Below, one piece after another: positions 9,303 to 19,852 of a DNA stretch of 64,000 bases. The notes beneath the pieces were generated by a model. That model ran no database searches and had not been told where the DNA came from. It saw only the letters and a program-made list of their open reading frames with translations. This DNA comes from Chitinophagales bacterium (GTDB lineage Bacteria; Bacteroidota; Bacteroidia; Chitinophagales; JADIYW01). Both the position numbers and the translations under genes were made by a program. The stretch covers positions 15,111 to 79,110 of the forward strand of contig JAMLHH010000013.1 of NCBI GenBank assembly GCA_023957215.1, read 5' to 3'. Position 1 is the stretch's first letter; every line of letters begins with the position of its first letter.

Positions 9303-10703
9303 TTATTCGTATAGATTGTATTGTACATGATAAGGGCTTTCCTCAAAATTAAAATATCTTTTAGCGATTTTATTATAGGGGATATCTCTCAAACCAGTTA
9401 ATATTTTACCTTCATAAATTGGTTTGGGCATAGGTAAAGAATCCAATTCTGATATAAAAACAATACTATAGGTTTCCCCTCTTTCCAAACTTGATAATAA
9501 GATGGCATCATAAGGTACAGCCCAAGAAGCAAGGAGCGTATCTTTTGGAGCTATTATATCGGGGAGAGCAACATTTCTATATTCTTGTTTTTCTATATAA
9601 TTACGTAACCAATGTATTCTTAAGTTATAAAAATCTTTATAATTAAAGATTCTAATAAAACAGACCGTACACATAGCAACGAATATGAATATCTGTAAAG
9701 TACTTTGTTTAATTTTAGGTAAAAGTTCAAAGACAAAAATAAAAGATAACGCAAGTGTGATTACTCCATACATGTTTTCAAAATAGTATGAAATAACAAC
9801 ATCGTAAAAAGATACATTTATAATAAACAGGTAAGATAATAAAAATACATTTATCCATAATAAATCAAAGTATTTCTTCGCCTTTAAATAGTAGCATACA
9901 AACATCACCCATATAGCTATTGCGAAAGTATAATTGATAAAATCACGTACCAACACGATGTTAGATTCTATGTTTATATAATTTGGAAACAATACGAATA
10001 TATTTTGTAACGCATTAATTCTGTTCGTCTCGTAATCGTTTTCATAATATATTCTAAATGCAATATATAAGATGATAGATATCACGCTCAAGTATGCGAC
10101 GATATCTTTTTTTAACATTTCCATTCTTAATGAATACAGCATTGTAAACGCAAATGCAAAGACTGTTAGTGGATGTGATGTGATGATGAGAAACATAGAG
10201 ACCAATAATATTGGATGTTCATAAAACGCTATATCTTTGAATCGGCGATTTTCATATATTGCTACCAGAAGAATCAATGCTGCAATTCCTAAAGGTAGCT
10301 CAGATACAAACCAATAAAAAGTATGACTGACGATGAGGATATTAAGAAGTAGAAGCACTAAAGCAAATTTATACTTTTTCAATACAGTACCTAATAACAT
10401 ATATATTAAAAAATAATATAATGTATAACCCGCAGAGAATAAGATGCCGACATTTCTCAATGACATACCTATTTTTGTTGCTATTACTGATGGTATTTGA
10501 GGAAAAATGGCAATCCTTCTCACTTGAGCAATAACAAAATCACTAGAATTTAAAATCTCAAATAAATATGCAGAGTTATCGGGCTGTATAATACGTTCTT
10601 TGTATAAAGTGGCAGATATGACCAAAAGAGATGAGTAACAAACAAGTCCTATATAAAAAAATATTTTGCATTTATGATTATAAATATTTTTACTTACTTG
10701 CAT
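9303..10703 (-). CDS. Polytopic integral membrane protein, function unknown
   Basis: 466 aa with about 10 or more hydrophobic segments followed by a C-terminal soluble part of about 90 aa. It starts 38 nt downstream of the PorU-like gene on the same strand. I recognise no catalytic motif. Confidence 0.45.
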   Translation of the reverse strand: MQVSKNIYNHKCKIFFYIGLVCYSSLLVISATLYKERIIQPDNSAYLFEILNSSDFVIAQVRRIAIFPQIPSVIATKIGMSLRNVGILFSAGYTLYYFLIYMLLGTVLKKYKFALVLLLLNILIVSHTFYWFVSELPLGIAALILLVAIYENRRFKDIAFYEHPILLVSMFLIITSHPLTVFAFAFTMLYSLRMEMLKKDIVAYLSVISIILYIAFRIYYENDYETNRINALQNIFVLFPNYINIESNIVLVRDFINYTFAIAIWVMFVCYYLKAKKYFDLLWINVFLLSYLFIINVSFYDVVISYYFENMYGVITLALSFIFVFELLPKIKQSTLQIFIFVAMCTVCFIRIFNYKDFYNLRIHWLRNYIEKQEYRNVALPDIIAPKDTLLASWAVPYDAILLSSLERGETYSIVFISELDSLPMPKPIYEGKILTGLRDIPYNKIAKRYFNFEESPYHVQYNLYE

Positions 10704-10741
10704 TTTTGATGTTTGAAAATGATGAGTATCAAGGCTATCGT

Positions 10742-13700
10742 TTATCTAACAATATACATCTTACCAAATCCTTTCTTGAAATACTTATCAACAGCACCTT
10801 CTAACAAATCCATATTCTTACCATTTAATCTGGCAGTTACTCTATACAAATAAAGACCATTGGCCAATTTACCTCCATACGTATCACGACCATCCCATTT
10901 GTAATTGGTACGATTGACACCAATATGAATATCGCCAAGCTCAGCAGCAGTAATCTCTTTCACTACTTTACCTGTAATAGTCATTATTTGTATCTTCAAG
11001 TCAGTGGGAACTTCAGTCCCTGTCACTGTAAAGATAAACTGTGTAGAGGTAGAAAAAGGATTTGGATAATTAATAATATTAGAAATTGCCGGTCTTGTAT
11101 CTATTTTGAACTGTATTCTATATTCATTTTTACCGGCATCGTTATTACTTCTATCAGCACCTTGTACTCTCAATTCATAGATACCATCTTCAACAAAAGA
11201 AGGTCTATAAAATAATTTAGCTTCATTGCTTTGTGTAAGATTATTTTCATCAGCGGGAATAAAACTAAAATTATTTTGACTTGGATCTAATGAAATAGGC
11301 GTACTCGTTCCAGGCTTTTTTAAAAATACTTTAAACAATGTAGAATCATTTAGTGCTAAATGTACATTTTCATCTTTGAGTCTGATAAGAATCTCCGGAG
11401 TAGGTGAAACAATCTCTCCGTCTGTAATATGTCTTCCATCAAAGGTAACATCCATGATAGGATTTAAGATATCTTTTTCAATTTTTACGGTAAAAATGGC
11501 AAAGTTGTTAAAATGATACTTTTCCTTCTGATTGTCATCAGGGTTTGCTTCAAATATGATAGTATTGATTCCTTGATTTGGTGGTTGGTTGAGCGTATAT
11601 TCAAAATCAATGACGATATAGTCATTACCGGGAAGAGGAGCAAATCTTTTATAGTATTCTTTTGTCTGGTTATTAGCATCTTTTACTGTGAATTTCACTA
11701 AGACACTATCCATATCAATATTAGTCAGGTTTTCAAAAGCAATCTCAGCTTTAAAAGTTCCGCCATAGGGAATAGAATCAGGAGTTTTTACGAGATGTTT
11801 TTGCGGACTCATCGCACCTTCAGGTACATCATCGTAAATAATTCTCCAATAATCTAGTTGTGGAGCGGTGGTATTCATACTATCCTTGGCATTAAATTCT
11901 AATTGCAAGAAAGGATATTCATCGGCATCAATAAATGATATATCCGCATTTCTCTTAAAATCTTCTAACAATCTTGTTTTCACTCCATTTTTCTCATATC
12001 CTATAAGAGAATATTTCGTAATATCGGTCTTAGGATTATCCAAGCTTTGCCAATTATAATCTATGGTATTCCATTTAAGTGCAGGTCCTATCAAAGGTGA
12101 AAGAATATTCCCACGATCTGATGAGCCTTCATAAAAGAATTCGACATCTATCTTTTCAGATTGATCTTTAATAATTTGCTGTGTCGCAAAAAGCGGATTT
12201 CCTTTTTGGGTAAAAAATACTGTCGGTTGCAATTCTTTTACGCTTCTAATATCAGTAATACCTATTGACTCAAATGCATCAAAAAGCGTTTCACCGTTAA
12301 ATCCGGGTACAGTATCATCTGCCGCCCACAAAGAATAATTTGCATTTTGAAAACTATATGCAACAACTATTGCTTGATCCGGAATTATATTTTTGATAAA
12401 ATTATAACAAGCAGCTCTTCCTTTTGAAGTTCTTGTATCAAATTCAATAATCTTCACATCTGTCAATACCGAGCTAATGGTATTGCCATATTGACCAAAA
12501 CCGGTATTTCCAACCTGATAGGTACTCATAGGCAACATCGTCCTTGTATCTAAAACATAAAACAAATAACTGCTTCGAGCGAAAGCATTTCTTGCGACAA
12601 GACCATTGTTATCAAACAGTACTCTATCATTATAACCCACTGCATCTACACCATTGATAACTTTAATACCTTGAACACTTTCTATAAAATGAAACTTTCT
12701 ATCTTCTTTCAGTCTCATATTGTTATATATATCCGGTAAGAATTGAAAATAATGCGATTGATTCCAACCTTCTGATAGGCTTGTGTTATATAAGAAAGAA
12801 CTTTTATTCCAACTTAATTCATTCCCGTATATTGTATCAAGACTACCTCTCCAATAATATACCGTATTATTAAGCATCTTAACATTAGGTTTCCATCTTA
12901 TGACTCCTCCATCAGATAAAATTTTATCGCTAACAAGTAAAGGACTATTGAAAAACTCACTTGTATCTATTTGTACGATATATCTTCTATTATCAATTAA
13001 AGGATTGGCAGTAGAGTATTCTAATTTTACGTTGTCATGATTAACGATACTATATTCAAAAGGTCTGATGGGGAAAAGATCGTCAATCGTAAAATAACGA
13101 GAAACTGTAACTTCGTTATTTTGTTCTGACAGTTCATCAAATTGATTATCAGCATCAATTTTTATGTAAAAGGTATTTTGGCCTAAGCCGTTTACCTTAT
13201 TCGTTGGGATGGGAATCCTGACTGTGTCTGAATAATAAGGAGTTTTGACAATTGATTCATAAGTTTCAATTTCTCCATTTGGCAAGGTTCTTTGTACAAA
13301 GATTTTATAGGTTGTATCCATCGCCATACCAATATTCTTATGATTAATCACTAAGTCAAAGGTATCAACACTCACATTAACGACTTCAGGAGAGAATGAA
13401 ATAGACTTTTCGGTAATAATATAATCAGGTTTTCCAAAAGAGTTTAATCTAATCGCAGGGTCGCCATGATAAACCATTTGCTGACCCAATACAACATCAA
13501 TGTCCAAACTGCTTTTCATTACATCTGCCGCCGTATTTTTAAGAATATTACCTATTGGCTCTCCATAATTTTCAACACCCAATCTTTTATAAAAATTACT
13601 GGAATATTGATTCAATGAATATGCAATTGCATACGTCATAGGTGCCAAATAAGCTATTGCGCATTTATCAGGTGTTAAAACAAATCTTTCACTATATGAA

Positions 13701-15718
13701 TCCGTAGTAGTAAAAATATTTCCTACAAAACAACCATTTGTAAACATAAACGGATATTTTCCCTTAGGATTATTGAAATCTTCTGGTTCCAAATCAAAGT
13801 CAACTTTAGTTGTAGATGAGTGACCAAAATACGTTATTAAAGAAGTACCGTTTAATAACATCGAGTCAATCACAGCAGATTGTGCTATTTGGACCGGATC
13901 GGTAGAGTGTTTATAAACGCTATGAACTTTCCCTCCAAACTTTGGACCTTCAATAATTTTCCTGTAACCTTCAAGGTATCTTGCAAAAGTGGTCTGTTCA
14001 TCAACAAAATCTCCCCCACCTAAGTGCAAAATAGATTTCATCCATTCTTTTTTCTCAAGGGTTTGATCCGTGAGTCCATGATATTTTTGAGCTTCTTCAT
14101 ATTCTTTTATTTTCTCAAGATATATTTTAATATCGTTACTCGTTCTTGCGGATAATCGACCGACACCAACCTGAGGATATGGAGACTGCGTTGAACGCCC
14201 TACAAGAAGATTATCAGAGGCAGGATTTCCATAAGATTGTATAAATTCTTCGGGGTTATTTCTGTTGACAGAGTAGTCATATCCTTTCCCAATAATAAAA
14301 ATATATTTAGGCTTGATAGTTTGATAATCCATCAAGTAATTAACAAAACCCCGTATAGCCATCGGATGACCTTTGATACCTGAAGCAAATGCATCATCGA
14401 GTTCATCTATATAATAAACACCCACTGCGTAATTTCCTCCTTCATCACTTTCTCTATACTTTTTATATTCTTCCACATAGTTAGTACCATCACTGTTTTT
14501 TGTCAAGGTTTTTGTCGTGATGATAATATAGTTTTTGTTATCTTGAATCATTGGTATATTAACAGGATAGATTGTCTTTATCTGAGTGATGTCTATAGTG
14601 TCTTGACTACTCATGTAAAGGCTGTCTTTAGGTAGTAAAGTACTTGGAAAATGAACTTTAAGTATATCCTTATCTTTTATTGCTATATATCTGTTACGAT
14701 TTTTTAGATCATAAACAATTACTTCTGTTGATCTATCATCAAGATTAGTAACTTCTATATAACTATCGCTTGTTTTATGAACAGCCAATCTTGTTTTACT
14801 CGTATTCGGAAATCTATAAAAGCTGGGATAGTCTATAACCGCCCAACAGAATCTAACCCTTTCATTTTGTATTCTCGGTGTTATAGATAGAGCTGTATTG
14901 GGAGATAGTAATTTAGAAGTTGGAAATTCAAAGTTAAATTCATGAATGCCTGCTCTATTACCTCCTATACTTGTAATAAATTGATTTCCAAATTCAATAT
15001 CAACTAAGTGGGCTGTTGAGTTGTTTTCAAATACGATGAGCCCCTTAATTCGCGTAGGATAATCATCATTTGTTAAATGGTTTCTAGTTCCTAAACTAAA
15101 ATTTACTTTTCTATCTTTTACCGTCGGTTGCCCTGTAAAACCTTCTCCAACATCAAACTCCGAATTAGTAACATAGTTTAAAAGCTGATTAGGGTTTTCT
15201 CCCTTATTAAAGTATCCAAATCTAAAGACAATGCTTTGTTTATAAAAAAACTCTTCCTTGTCAGGTAGCTTTTCAAGCTTGTTTTCTACAGAAGTAATTC
15301 TCTTTCCTTGTCCTATACTTGTAAAAGTAAGAAAGTAAGTTGCGGTATCTGTATAATTACTAACATAAACATTAGGTTGATTTTTAGAATCCAAATAAAG
15401 TGGTGTATCCATCTTACCATCATTGCCAACACCAAAAAATTCTATAAAGTCACCCGTAGAAAAATGCCCATTATTAGTTAGGTAAACCGGAATCTCTTCG
15501 CCATCTCTATATAATCGCACATAATCTCCAATAATACTTTGTTCAGGAATGCCCCCCTTTAGCAATGTCTCATAAGAGATACGGTGCAAACCTTCTTCCG
15601 CCACTTTGAATTTATAGTATGTCAAAGAGGAATCTATCCACTCATTACCATAAGTCTCAGCTTTAACAAACTGAAACAATGCGAAAAATATAGCTATCAG
15701 AGAAAAAACTCTTTTCAT
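10742..15718 (-). CDS. Giant C25 (gingipain-like) cysteine peptidase family protein with its own T9SS C-terminal domain; PorU-like (possibly a PorU2-type paralogue)
   Basis: 1658 aa with a signal peptide. The candidate His/Cys dyad lies in ITYFGHSSTT and FMFTNGCFVGNIF. The C-terminus is NYPNPFSTSTQFIFTV...GLYLYRVTA, like a type A sorting domain. The gene sits 2 nt after the PorV-family gene. Confidence 0.6.
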   Translation of the reverse strand: MKRVFSLIAIFFALFQFVKAETYGNEWIDSSLTYYKFKVAEEGLHRISYETLLKGGIPEQSIIGDYVRLYRDGEEIPVYLTNNGHFSTGDFIEFFGVGNDGKMDTPLYLDSKNQPNVYVSNYTDTATYFLTFTSIGQGKRITSVENKLEKLPDKEEFFYKQSIVFRFGYFNKGENPNQLLNYVTNSEFDVGEGFTGQPTVKDRKVNFSLGTRNHLTNDDYPTRIKGLIVFENNSTAHLVDIEFGNQFITSIGGNRAGIHEFNFEFPTSKLLSPNTALSITPRIQNERVRFCWAVIDYPSFYRFPNTSKTRLAVHKTSDSYIEVTNLDDRSTEVIVYDLKNRNRYIAIKDKDILKVHFPSTLLPKDSLYMSSQDTIDITQIKTIYPVNIPMIQDNKNYIIITTKTLTKNSDGTNYVEEYKKYRESDEGGNYAVGVYYIDELDDAFASGIKGHPMAIRGFVNYLMDYQTIKPKYIFIIGKGYDYSVNRNNPEEFIQSYGNPASDNLLVGRSTQSPYPQVGVGRLSARTSNDIKIYLEKIKEYEEAQKYHGLTDQTLEKKEWMKSILHLGGGDFVDEQTTFARYLEGYRKIIEGPKFGGKVHSVYKHSTDPVQIAQSAVIDSMLLNGTSLITYFGHSSTTKVDFDLEPEDFNNPKGKYPFMFTNGCFVGNIFTTTDSYSERFVLTPDKCAIAYLAPMTYAIAYSLNQYSSNFYKRLGVENYGEPIGNILKNTAADVMKSSLDIDVVLGQQMVYHGDPAIRLNSFGKPDYIITEKSISFSPEVVNVSVDTFDLVINHKNIGMAMDTTYKIFVQRTLPNGEIETYESIVKTPYYSDTVRIPIPTNKVNGLGQNTFYIKIDADNQFDELSEQNNEVTVSRYFTIDDLFPIRPFEYSIVNHDNVKLEYSTANPLIDNRRYIVQIDTSEFFNSPLLVSDKILSDGGVIRWKPNVKMLNNTVYYWRGSLDTIYGNELSWNKSSFLYNTSLSEGWNQSHYFQFLPDIYNNMRLKEDRKFHFIESVQGIKVINGVDAVGYNDRVLFDNNGLVARNAFARSSYLFYVLDTRTMLPMSTYQVGNTGFGQYGNTISSVLTDVKIIEFDTRTSKGRAACYNFIKNIIPDQAIVVAYSFQNANYSLWAADDTVPGFNGETLFDAFESIGITDIRSVKELQPTVFFTQKGNPLFATQQIIKDQSEKIDVEFFYEGSSDRGNILSPLIGPALKWNTIDYNWQSLDNPKTDITKYSLIGYEKNGVKTRLLEDFKRNADISFIDADEYPFLQLEFNAKDSMNTTAPQLDYWRIIYDDVPEGAMSPQKHLVKTPDSIPYGGTFKAEIAFENLTNIDMDSVLVKFTVKDANNQTKEYYKRFAPLPGNDYIVIDFEYTLNQPPNQGINTIIFEANPDDNQKEKYHFNNFAIFTVKIEKDILNPIMDVTFDGRHITDGEIVSPTPEILIRLKDENVHLALNDSTLFKVFLKKPGTSTPISLDPSQNNFSFIPADENNLTQSNEAKLFYRPSFVEDGIYELRVQGADRSNNDAGKNEYRIQFKIDTRPAISNIINYPNPFSTSTQFIFTVTGTEVPTDLKIQIMTITGKVVKEITAAELGDIHIGVNRTNYKWDGRDTYGGKLANGLYLYRVTARLNGKNMDLLEGAVDKYFKKGFGKMYIVR

Positions 15719-15720
15719 GA

Positions 15721-16818
15721 TTACTTACTCTTTTTATTAAAACCAATTCTTGCCGAAATAACATGTGAGAAAGTAGAGGTCTCTTTACTTCCTACATCCG
15801 TAAAAGCATAATCTACCGCAATCGTCTTAAATCTCAAACCTACCCCAATATTAGGTTGGGCTGTCACTTTCTTATCTATATTATTGCTTTTTAATTCTTT
15901 CTGTATATTGCTCACACCACCTCTGACATAAACAATATCCGCAAATCCTATTTCAACTCCTAAATGTGGATCAAAACTCAATGGCTTAGCAGGAACTAAG
16001 ACATTTCTTTTCCCGTCTGTCGTTATGTCTATCGCTAATTCTGCATTCAATTCAAACTTGTTAAACCGCTTATAGTAACCGGCGCCTAATAAAATTTTGG
16101 GCATAGTGACTTCCAAAGAATTGTCAGGTATTTCATTTTCTGCCAAAAGAAGATTTGTTCTTTCTTCATCGGTAAAAGAGAAGTTCCAAGCGTTAAAGGT
16201 TGTTGTAATATCCCTGATATTTACACCAAACTTAAAATCTTTCAACTTGTATTGCGCCCCTACATCTATGCCAAACCCATAAGCTTTAGCAAAACTTCCT
16301 GCTTTGTGATAGACAATTTTGGCAGTCCCACCAACAGACAAATTATTACTAATTCTTCGAGCATAAGAAAACATAAAGCCATAATCTCCTACAGAAAATG
16401 AACGAATGTTGTCATAGTTGATACTTCCATCCGGCCCTATCAAATTGATTGTATTAGGAATATCATCTACTGCAAATCTAATAGCATTGATACCAAAAGC
16501 ATTTTTCCCGCTATCTAATGAGAATGCGGCTCCCAACCAATCGTATTTCGCAATACCTGCAAAATATTCGGAGTGCATAAAACCCACTTGGGCAGTCTGT
16601 TCAAGGTTGACTAATCCTGATGGATTCCAGTATCCGGCACTCAAATCAGAGACACTCGCAATTGTCGCATTTCCTAAACCTAAGTTTCTCGCTCCCACAC
16701 CTATATCCATAAATGCGTTACTATACTTTGCAGGTTGTGCTATTAAGAAATTATCTTGCACAAAGAATGCAAGTAATAAAATAGCCCATATTATCTTACA
16801 AGACGGTTTATTATTCAT
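15721..16818 (-). CDS. PorV/PorQ-family outer-membrane beta-barrel (T9SS shuttle-like)
   Basis: 365 aa with a signal peptide, the N-terminal motif GVGARNLGLGNATIASVSDLSAGYWNPSGL, and an alternating beta-strand pattern to the C-terminus. It is directly coupled to the C25 peptidase gene. Confidence 0.6.
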   Translation of the reverse strand: MNNKPSCKIIWAILLLAFFVQDNFLIAQPAKYSNAFMDIGVGARNLGLGNATIASVSDLSAGYWNPSGLVNLEQTAQVGFMHSEYFAGIAKYDWLGAAFSLDSGKNAFGINAIRFAVDDIPNTINLIGPDGSINYDNIRSFSVGDYGFMFSYARRISNNLSVGGTAKIVYHKAGSFAKAYGFGIDVGAQYKLKDFKFGVNIRDITTTFNAWNFSFTDEERTNLLLAENEIPDNSLEVTMPKILLGAGYYKRFNKFELNAELAIDITTDGKRNVLVPAKPLSFDPHLGVEIGFADIVYVRGGVSNIQKELKSNNIDKKVTAQPNIGVGLRFKTIAVDYAFTDVGSKETSTFSHVISARIGFNKKSK

Positions 16819-16985
16819 TGATTATCTTGTTAAAAAAGCACTAAAAATCATACAAATGAAAATTAAAGGTAAACAACTTCTTTAATATACGAGTAGTTAA
16901 AGATAGAATTTGACCAAATTAAGTTAATACAAATTTATAACGCTAAACTCTTAAATAGATTATATTTTTGTGCAAAATTTTTAAA

Positions 16986-18269
16986 ATGAGTCTGATAGAA
17001 GAATTAGAGTGGAGAGGATTGATTCAAGATATGACTCCGGGAACAAAAGAATTGTTTGCTAAAGAAAAAGTGAGAGCATATATTGGATTTGACCCTACAG
17101 CTGATAGTCTGCACATTGGTAGTATGGTTCCCATTATTATTTTAATGCACATTCAAAGACATGGGCATGTTCCATTTGCTTTAGTAGGTGGAGCCACCGG
17201 TATGGTGGGCGACCCATCCGGAAAGTCAAAAGAAAGAAATCTTTTAGATGATACCACGCTTCAAAAAAATCTCAATGGCATTAAGAAACAATTGAGTAAG
17301 TTTTTAGACTTTGACAATAAAGATAATTCTGCTCAACTTGTCAATAATTACGATTGGTTCAAAGGAATGGGCTTTTTAGAATTTATCAGAGATGTAGGTA
17401 AGCATATTTCTGTCAACTATATGATGGCAAAAGATTCTGTCAAACAACGTTTTACAGGTGATGTGGGTATCTCGTTCACCGAATTTTCCTACCAACTGAT
17501 ACAAGGTTACGATTTTTATCATCTTTTCAAGGAAAAAGGCGTAAAAGTACAAATGGGCGGAAGTGATCAATGGGGAAATATCACAACCGGAGTAGAACTG
17601 ATTAGAAGAATGGATGGAAGTGAAGCTTTCGCCATGACTTCTCCTTTGGTAAAAAAGGCGGACGGTAAAAAGTTTGGGAAGACAGAACAAGGAAATATTT
17701 GGTTAGATCCTGAAAGGACTTCTCCTTATAAGTTTTATCAGTTTTGGCTCAACACCTCAGACGATGATGTAAAAAATTGGATAAAAGTGTTTACCTTTTT
17801 ATCGAAAGAAGAAATTGATACACTCATCACCGAACACGAGCAAGCTCCTCATTTGAGAGTTCTACAGAAAAAATTGGCCGAGCAGCTTACTATTCTCGTC
17901 CATTCTGAAGAAGATTATGAAAATGCTGTCAAAGCTTCAGATGTGCTTTTCGGAAAATCAACAAAAGAAAGTTTACAAGCACTCAATGAAAAAACTATTT
18001 TAGAGATTTTTGAAGGAGTGCCATCTTATTCTATTAAAAGTGAAGAACTCAATTCTGAAATAGATATCACCGAATTTTTATCGGTAAATACGGATATATA
18101 CAAATCTAAAGGTGAAGCAAGAAGGGCTTTGAGTTCAAATGCCGTTGCTGTCAATCAGGAAAAAGTCAACGAGCAGTATCAAATTTCCAAAGAAGATGTT
18201 TTAAACGATAAATTTATACTTATCCGTAAGGGGAAAAAAGACTACCACTTAGTCGTGGTTTCACACTAA
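16986..18269 (+). CDS. tyrS: Tyrosine--tRNA ligase
   Basis: HIGH-type motif (DSLHIGS), KMSKS-type motif (KFGKT), and a C-terminal S4-like domain. I prefer ATG 16986 (MSLIEELEWRG) over the TTG at 16968 used by the ORF track. Confidence 0.93.
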   Translation: MSLIEELEWRGLIQDMTPGTKELFAKEKVRAYIGFDPTADSLHIGSMVPIIILMHIQRHGHVPFALVGGATGMVGDPSGKSKERNLLDDTTLQKNLNGIKKQLSKFLDFDNKDNSAQLVNNYDWFKGMGFLEFIRDVGKHISVNYMMAKDSVKQRFTGDVGISFTEFSYQLIQGYDFYHLFKEKGVKVQMGGSDQWGNITTGVELIRRMDGSEAFAMTSPLVKKADGKKFGKTEQGNIWLDPERTSPYKFYQFWLNTSDDDVKNWIKVFTFLSKEEIDTLITEHEQAPHLRVLQKKLAEQLTILVHSEEDYENAVKASDVLFGKSTKESLQALNEKTILEIFEGVPSYSIKSEELNSEIDITEFLSVNTDIYKSKGEARRALSSNAVAVNQEKVNEQYQISKEDVLNDKFILIRKGKKDYHLVVVSH

Positions 18270-18299
18270 AAGGTTGAAAACATAGAGGTTTTGTCGCTT

Positions 18300-18950
18300 T
18301 TATCTTTTCAGATATTCTTGAGGAGCCAAACTGACAACTTCTATTAATTCACTCAAAATCATAGCAGTAGCCCCCCACAGCGTTCTGTCATAGATGTCAA
18401 AATAAGGAGCTTTTACTTTCAGCCCTACTGCACTTTTCATCCACTTTTCTTTGCGCCTGTCTTTATCAAATAGATAAGAAAGAGGTGTTTCTAAAATTGT
18501 AGAAACTTCGCGTTGGTCTTTTTCCAAATCAAAAGGTTTATCTGCCACTGCCACAAAAGGCTGGACATTGAAATTGCTGGGTGGTATATATGTTTTGGTC
18601 AAATTACCTATGACATGATAATCATTTTTTTGTACACCCACTTCCTCGCAGGTCTCCCGAATAGCGCAGACCAAAGGTGTCTCATCCGCTTCCAATTTCC
18701 CTCCCGGAAGACTTATCTGACCACTATGCACGCCTTTATAGATGGCTCTTTCTATCAAAACAATATGAGGCTGATCTCGTTTGGGATAAATCAATGCCAT
18801 CACTGCACTTTCTTTAGCGTTATTTTTAGGCATACGCAGATCAAACTTGGACAATAAAGGGAGGTAGGGTTGCATTAATTTTTGTGCTTCTCTACCCGGA
18901 AGAGGTTCTTTCAATTGTTTTTCAAGTGCCACTATAAAATTGTCAAACAT
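18300..18950 (-). CDS. Nudix hydrolase (CoA pyrophosphatase-like)
   Basis: 216 aa with the Nudix box GGKLEADETPLVCAIRETCEEVGV. Confidence 0.8.
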   Translation of the reverse strand: MFDNFIVALEKQLKEPLPGREAQKLMQPYLPLLSKFDLRMPKNNAKESAVMALIYPKRDQPHIVLIERAIYKGVHSGQISLPGGKLEADETPLVCAIRETCEEVGVQKNDYHVIGNLTKTYIPPSNFNVQPFVAVADKPFDLEKDQREVSTILETPLSYLFDKDRRKEKWMKSAVGLKVKAPYFDIYDRTLWGATAMILSELIEVVSLAPQEYLKR

Positions 18951-19105
18951 ATTACCAATATAAGCAAAAGTTTCTTCCCTGACTCTCGTCTAATAAAATT
19001 TGTTTGAGTATCTATCTGTTAAAGATTTTTTCTTTAAGCTTCGTTAAAGATTCTTATGGTTATACAATTCATAAAATCTGTAACTTAGTTGGTAAAAATT
19101 CTACG

Positions 19106-19852
19106 ATGCAACCAATCCTATATCTATTCTTTTTCAGTTTCCTATTTTTTACAGCTTGTAAAAAAGATGATTTGACTTTGAATGAAAACAAGGACAAAGA
19201 ATTATCTGTACAGATAAATTTAACGACAACTTTAAACAATAAAAAATTGGTTTTAGATAGTGCTTATGAATTTGTAGATGATTATCAGTTAAAAGTTCAA
19301 AATCTAAAACTTTATTTTTCCGATATTTCATTGGTTGATAGCAATGGAAATGACGTTTCGGTCAGGTTTAAAGATTATCCTGAAAATGTATTTCTGTACG
19401 ATTTGGGAAAATCGGAGCAAATGAATTTTATTGTACCTCAAGGGAATTATATTGCCATGAAATTTTATCTCGGCTTGACACCTGCATTAAATGATATCAA
19501 TCCCAACACTTTTCCGGCTAATCATCCACTCAGTCGGGAGCAAGACACTTACTGGGACATGCTAAAATACAGATTTTTAATTCTTGAAGCAGCTACTAAT
19601 TATCCTAATCTTGGCGAATTTAATCATTTTATGAGCTATCATCTTGGAGGCGATGAATATTTAAGAAGTATCACCATTCCGATAAAATCTACTGATAATC
19701 AATCCGTTTCCCAAAAAGATTTACAAATCCGATTGGAAAAAGTTTTTGAAGATATAGATTTTACTACTTTTTTCAGCTTTCATAGTGAAGGAGAGTTTCA
19801 GAAAGATGAAGGCATCAAAATGATGAATAACCTTGCACATAGTATAGAATGA
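19106..19852 (+). CDS. MbnP-like lipoprotein (putative copper-binding partner of the downstream di-haem enzyme)
   Basis: The start is taken at ATG 19106 (MQPILYLFFFSFLFFTACKKD, a lipobox). The motifs LKLYFSDISLVDSNG and DTYWDMLKYRFLILEA resemble the MbnP family. There is a 4-nt ATGA overlap with the di-haem peroxidase gene. Confidence 0.5.
   Translation: MQPILYLFFFSFLFFTACKKDDLTLNENKDKELSVQINLTTTLNNKKLVLDSAYEFVDDYQLKVQNLKLYFSDISLVDSNGNDVSVRFKDYPENVFLYDLGKSEQMNFIVPQGNYIAMKFYLGLTPALNDINPNTFPANHPLSREQDTYWDMLKYRFLILEAATNYPNLGEFNHFMSYHLGGDEYLRSITIPIKSTDNQSVSQKDLQIRLEKVFEDIDFTTFFSFHSEGEFQKDEGIKMMNNLAHSIE

Noticed and set aside
16418-16885. 155-aa plus-strand ORF opposite the PorV-family gene; similarly 23632-24066 opposite mscS and 24176-24688
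   Set aside because: They lie entirely or largely antisense to genes with clear family motifs. They have no motifs of their own and their composition mirrors the sense gene.
16963-16970. TATTTTTG match to the Bacteroidota -7 promoter consensus TAnnTTTG, 16 nt upstream of the tyrS ATG
   Set aside because: The match is real, but I found no TTTG -33 element at the expected spacing. Such 8-mers are frequent in AT-rich DNA, so the evidence is too weak to list as a feature.
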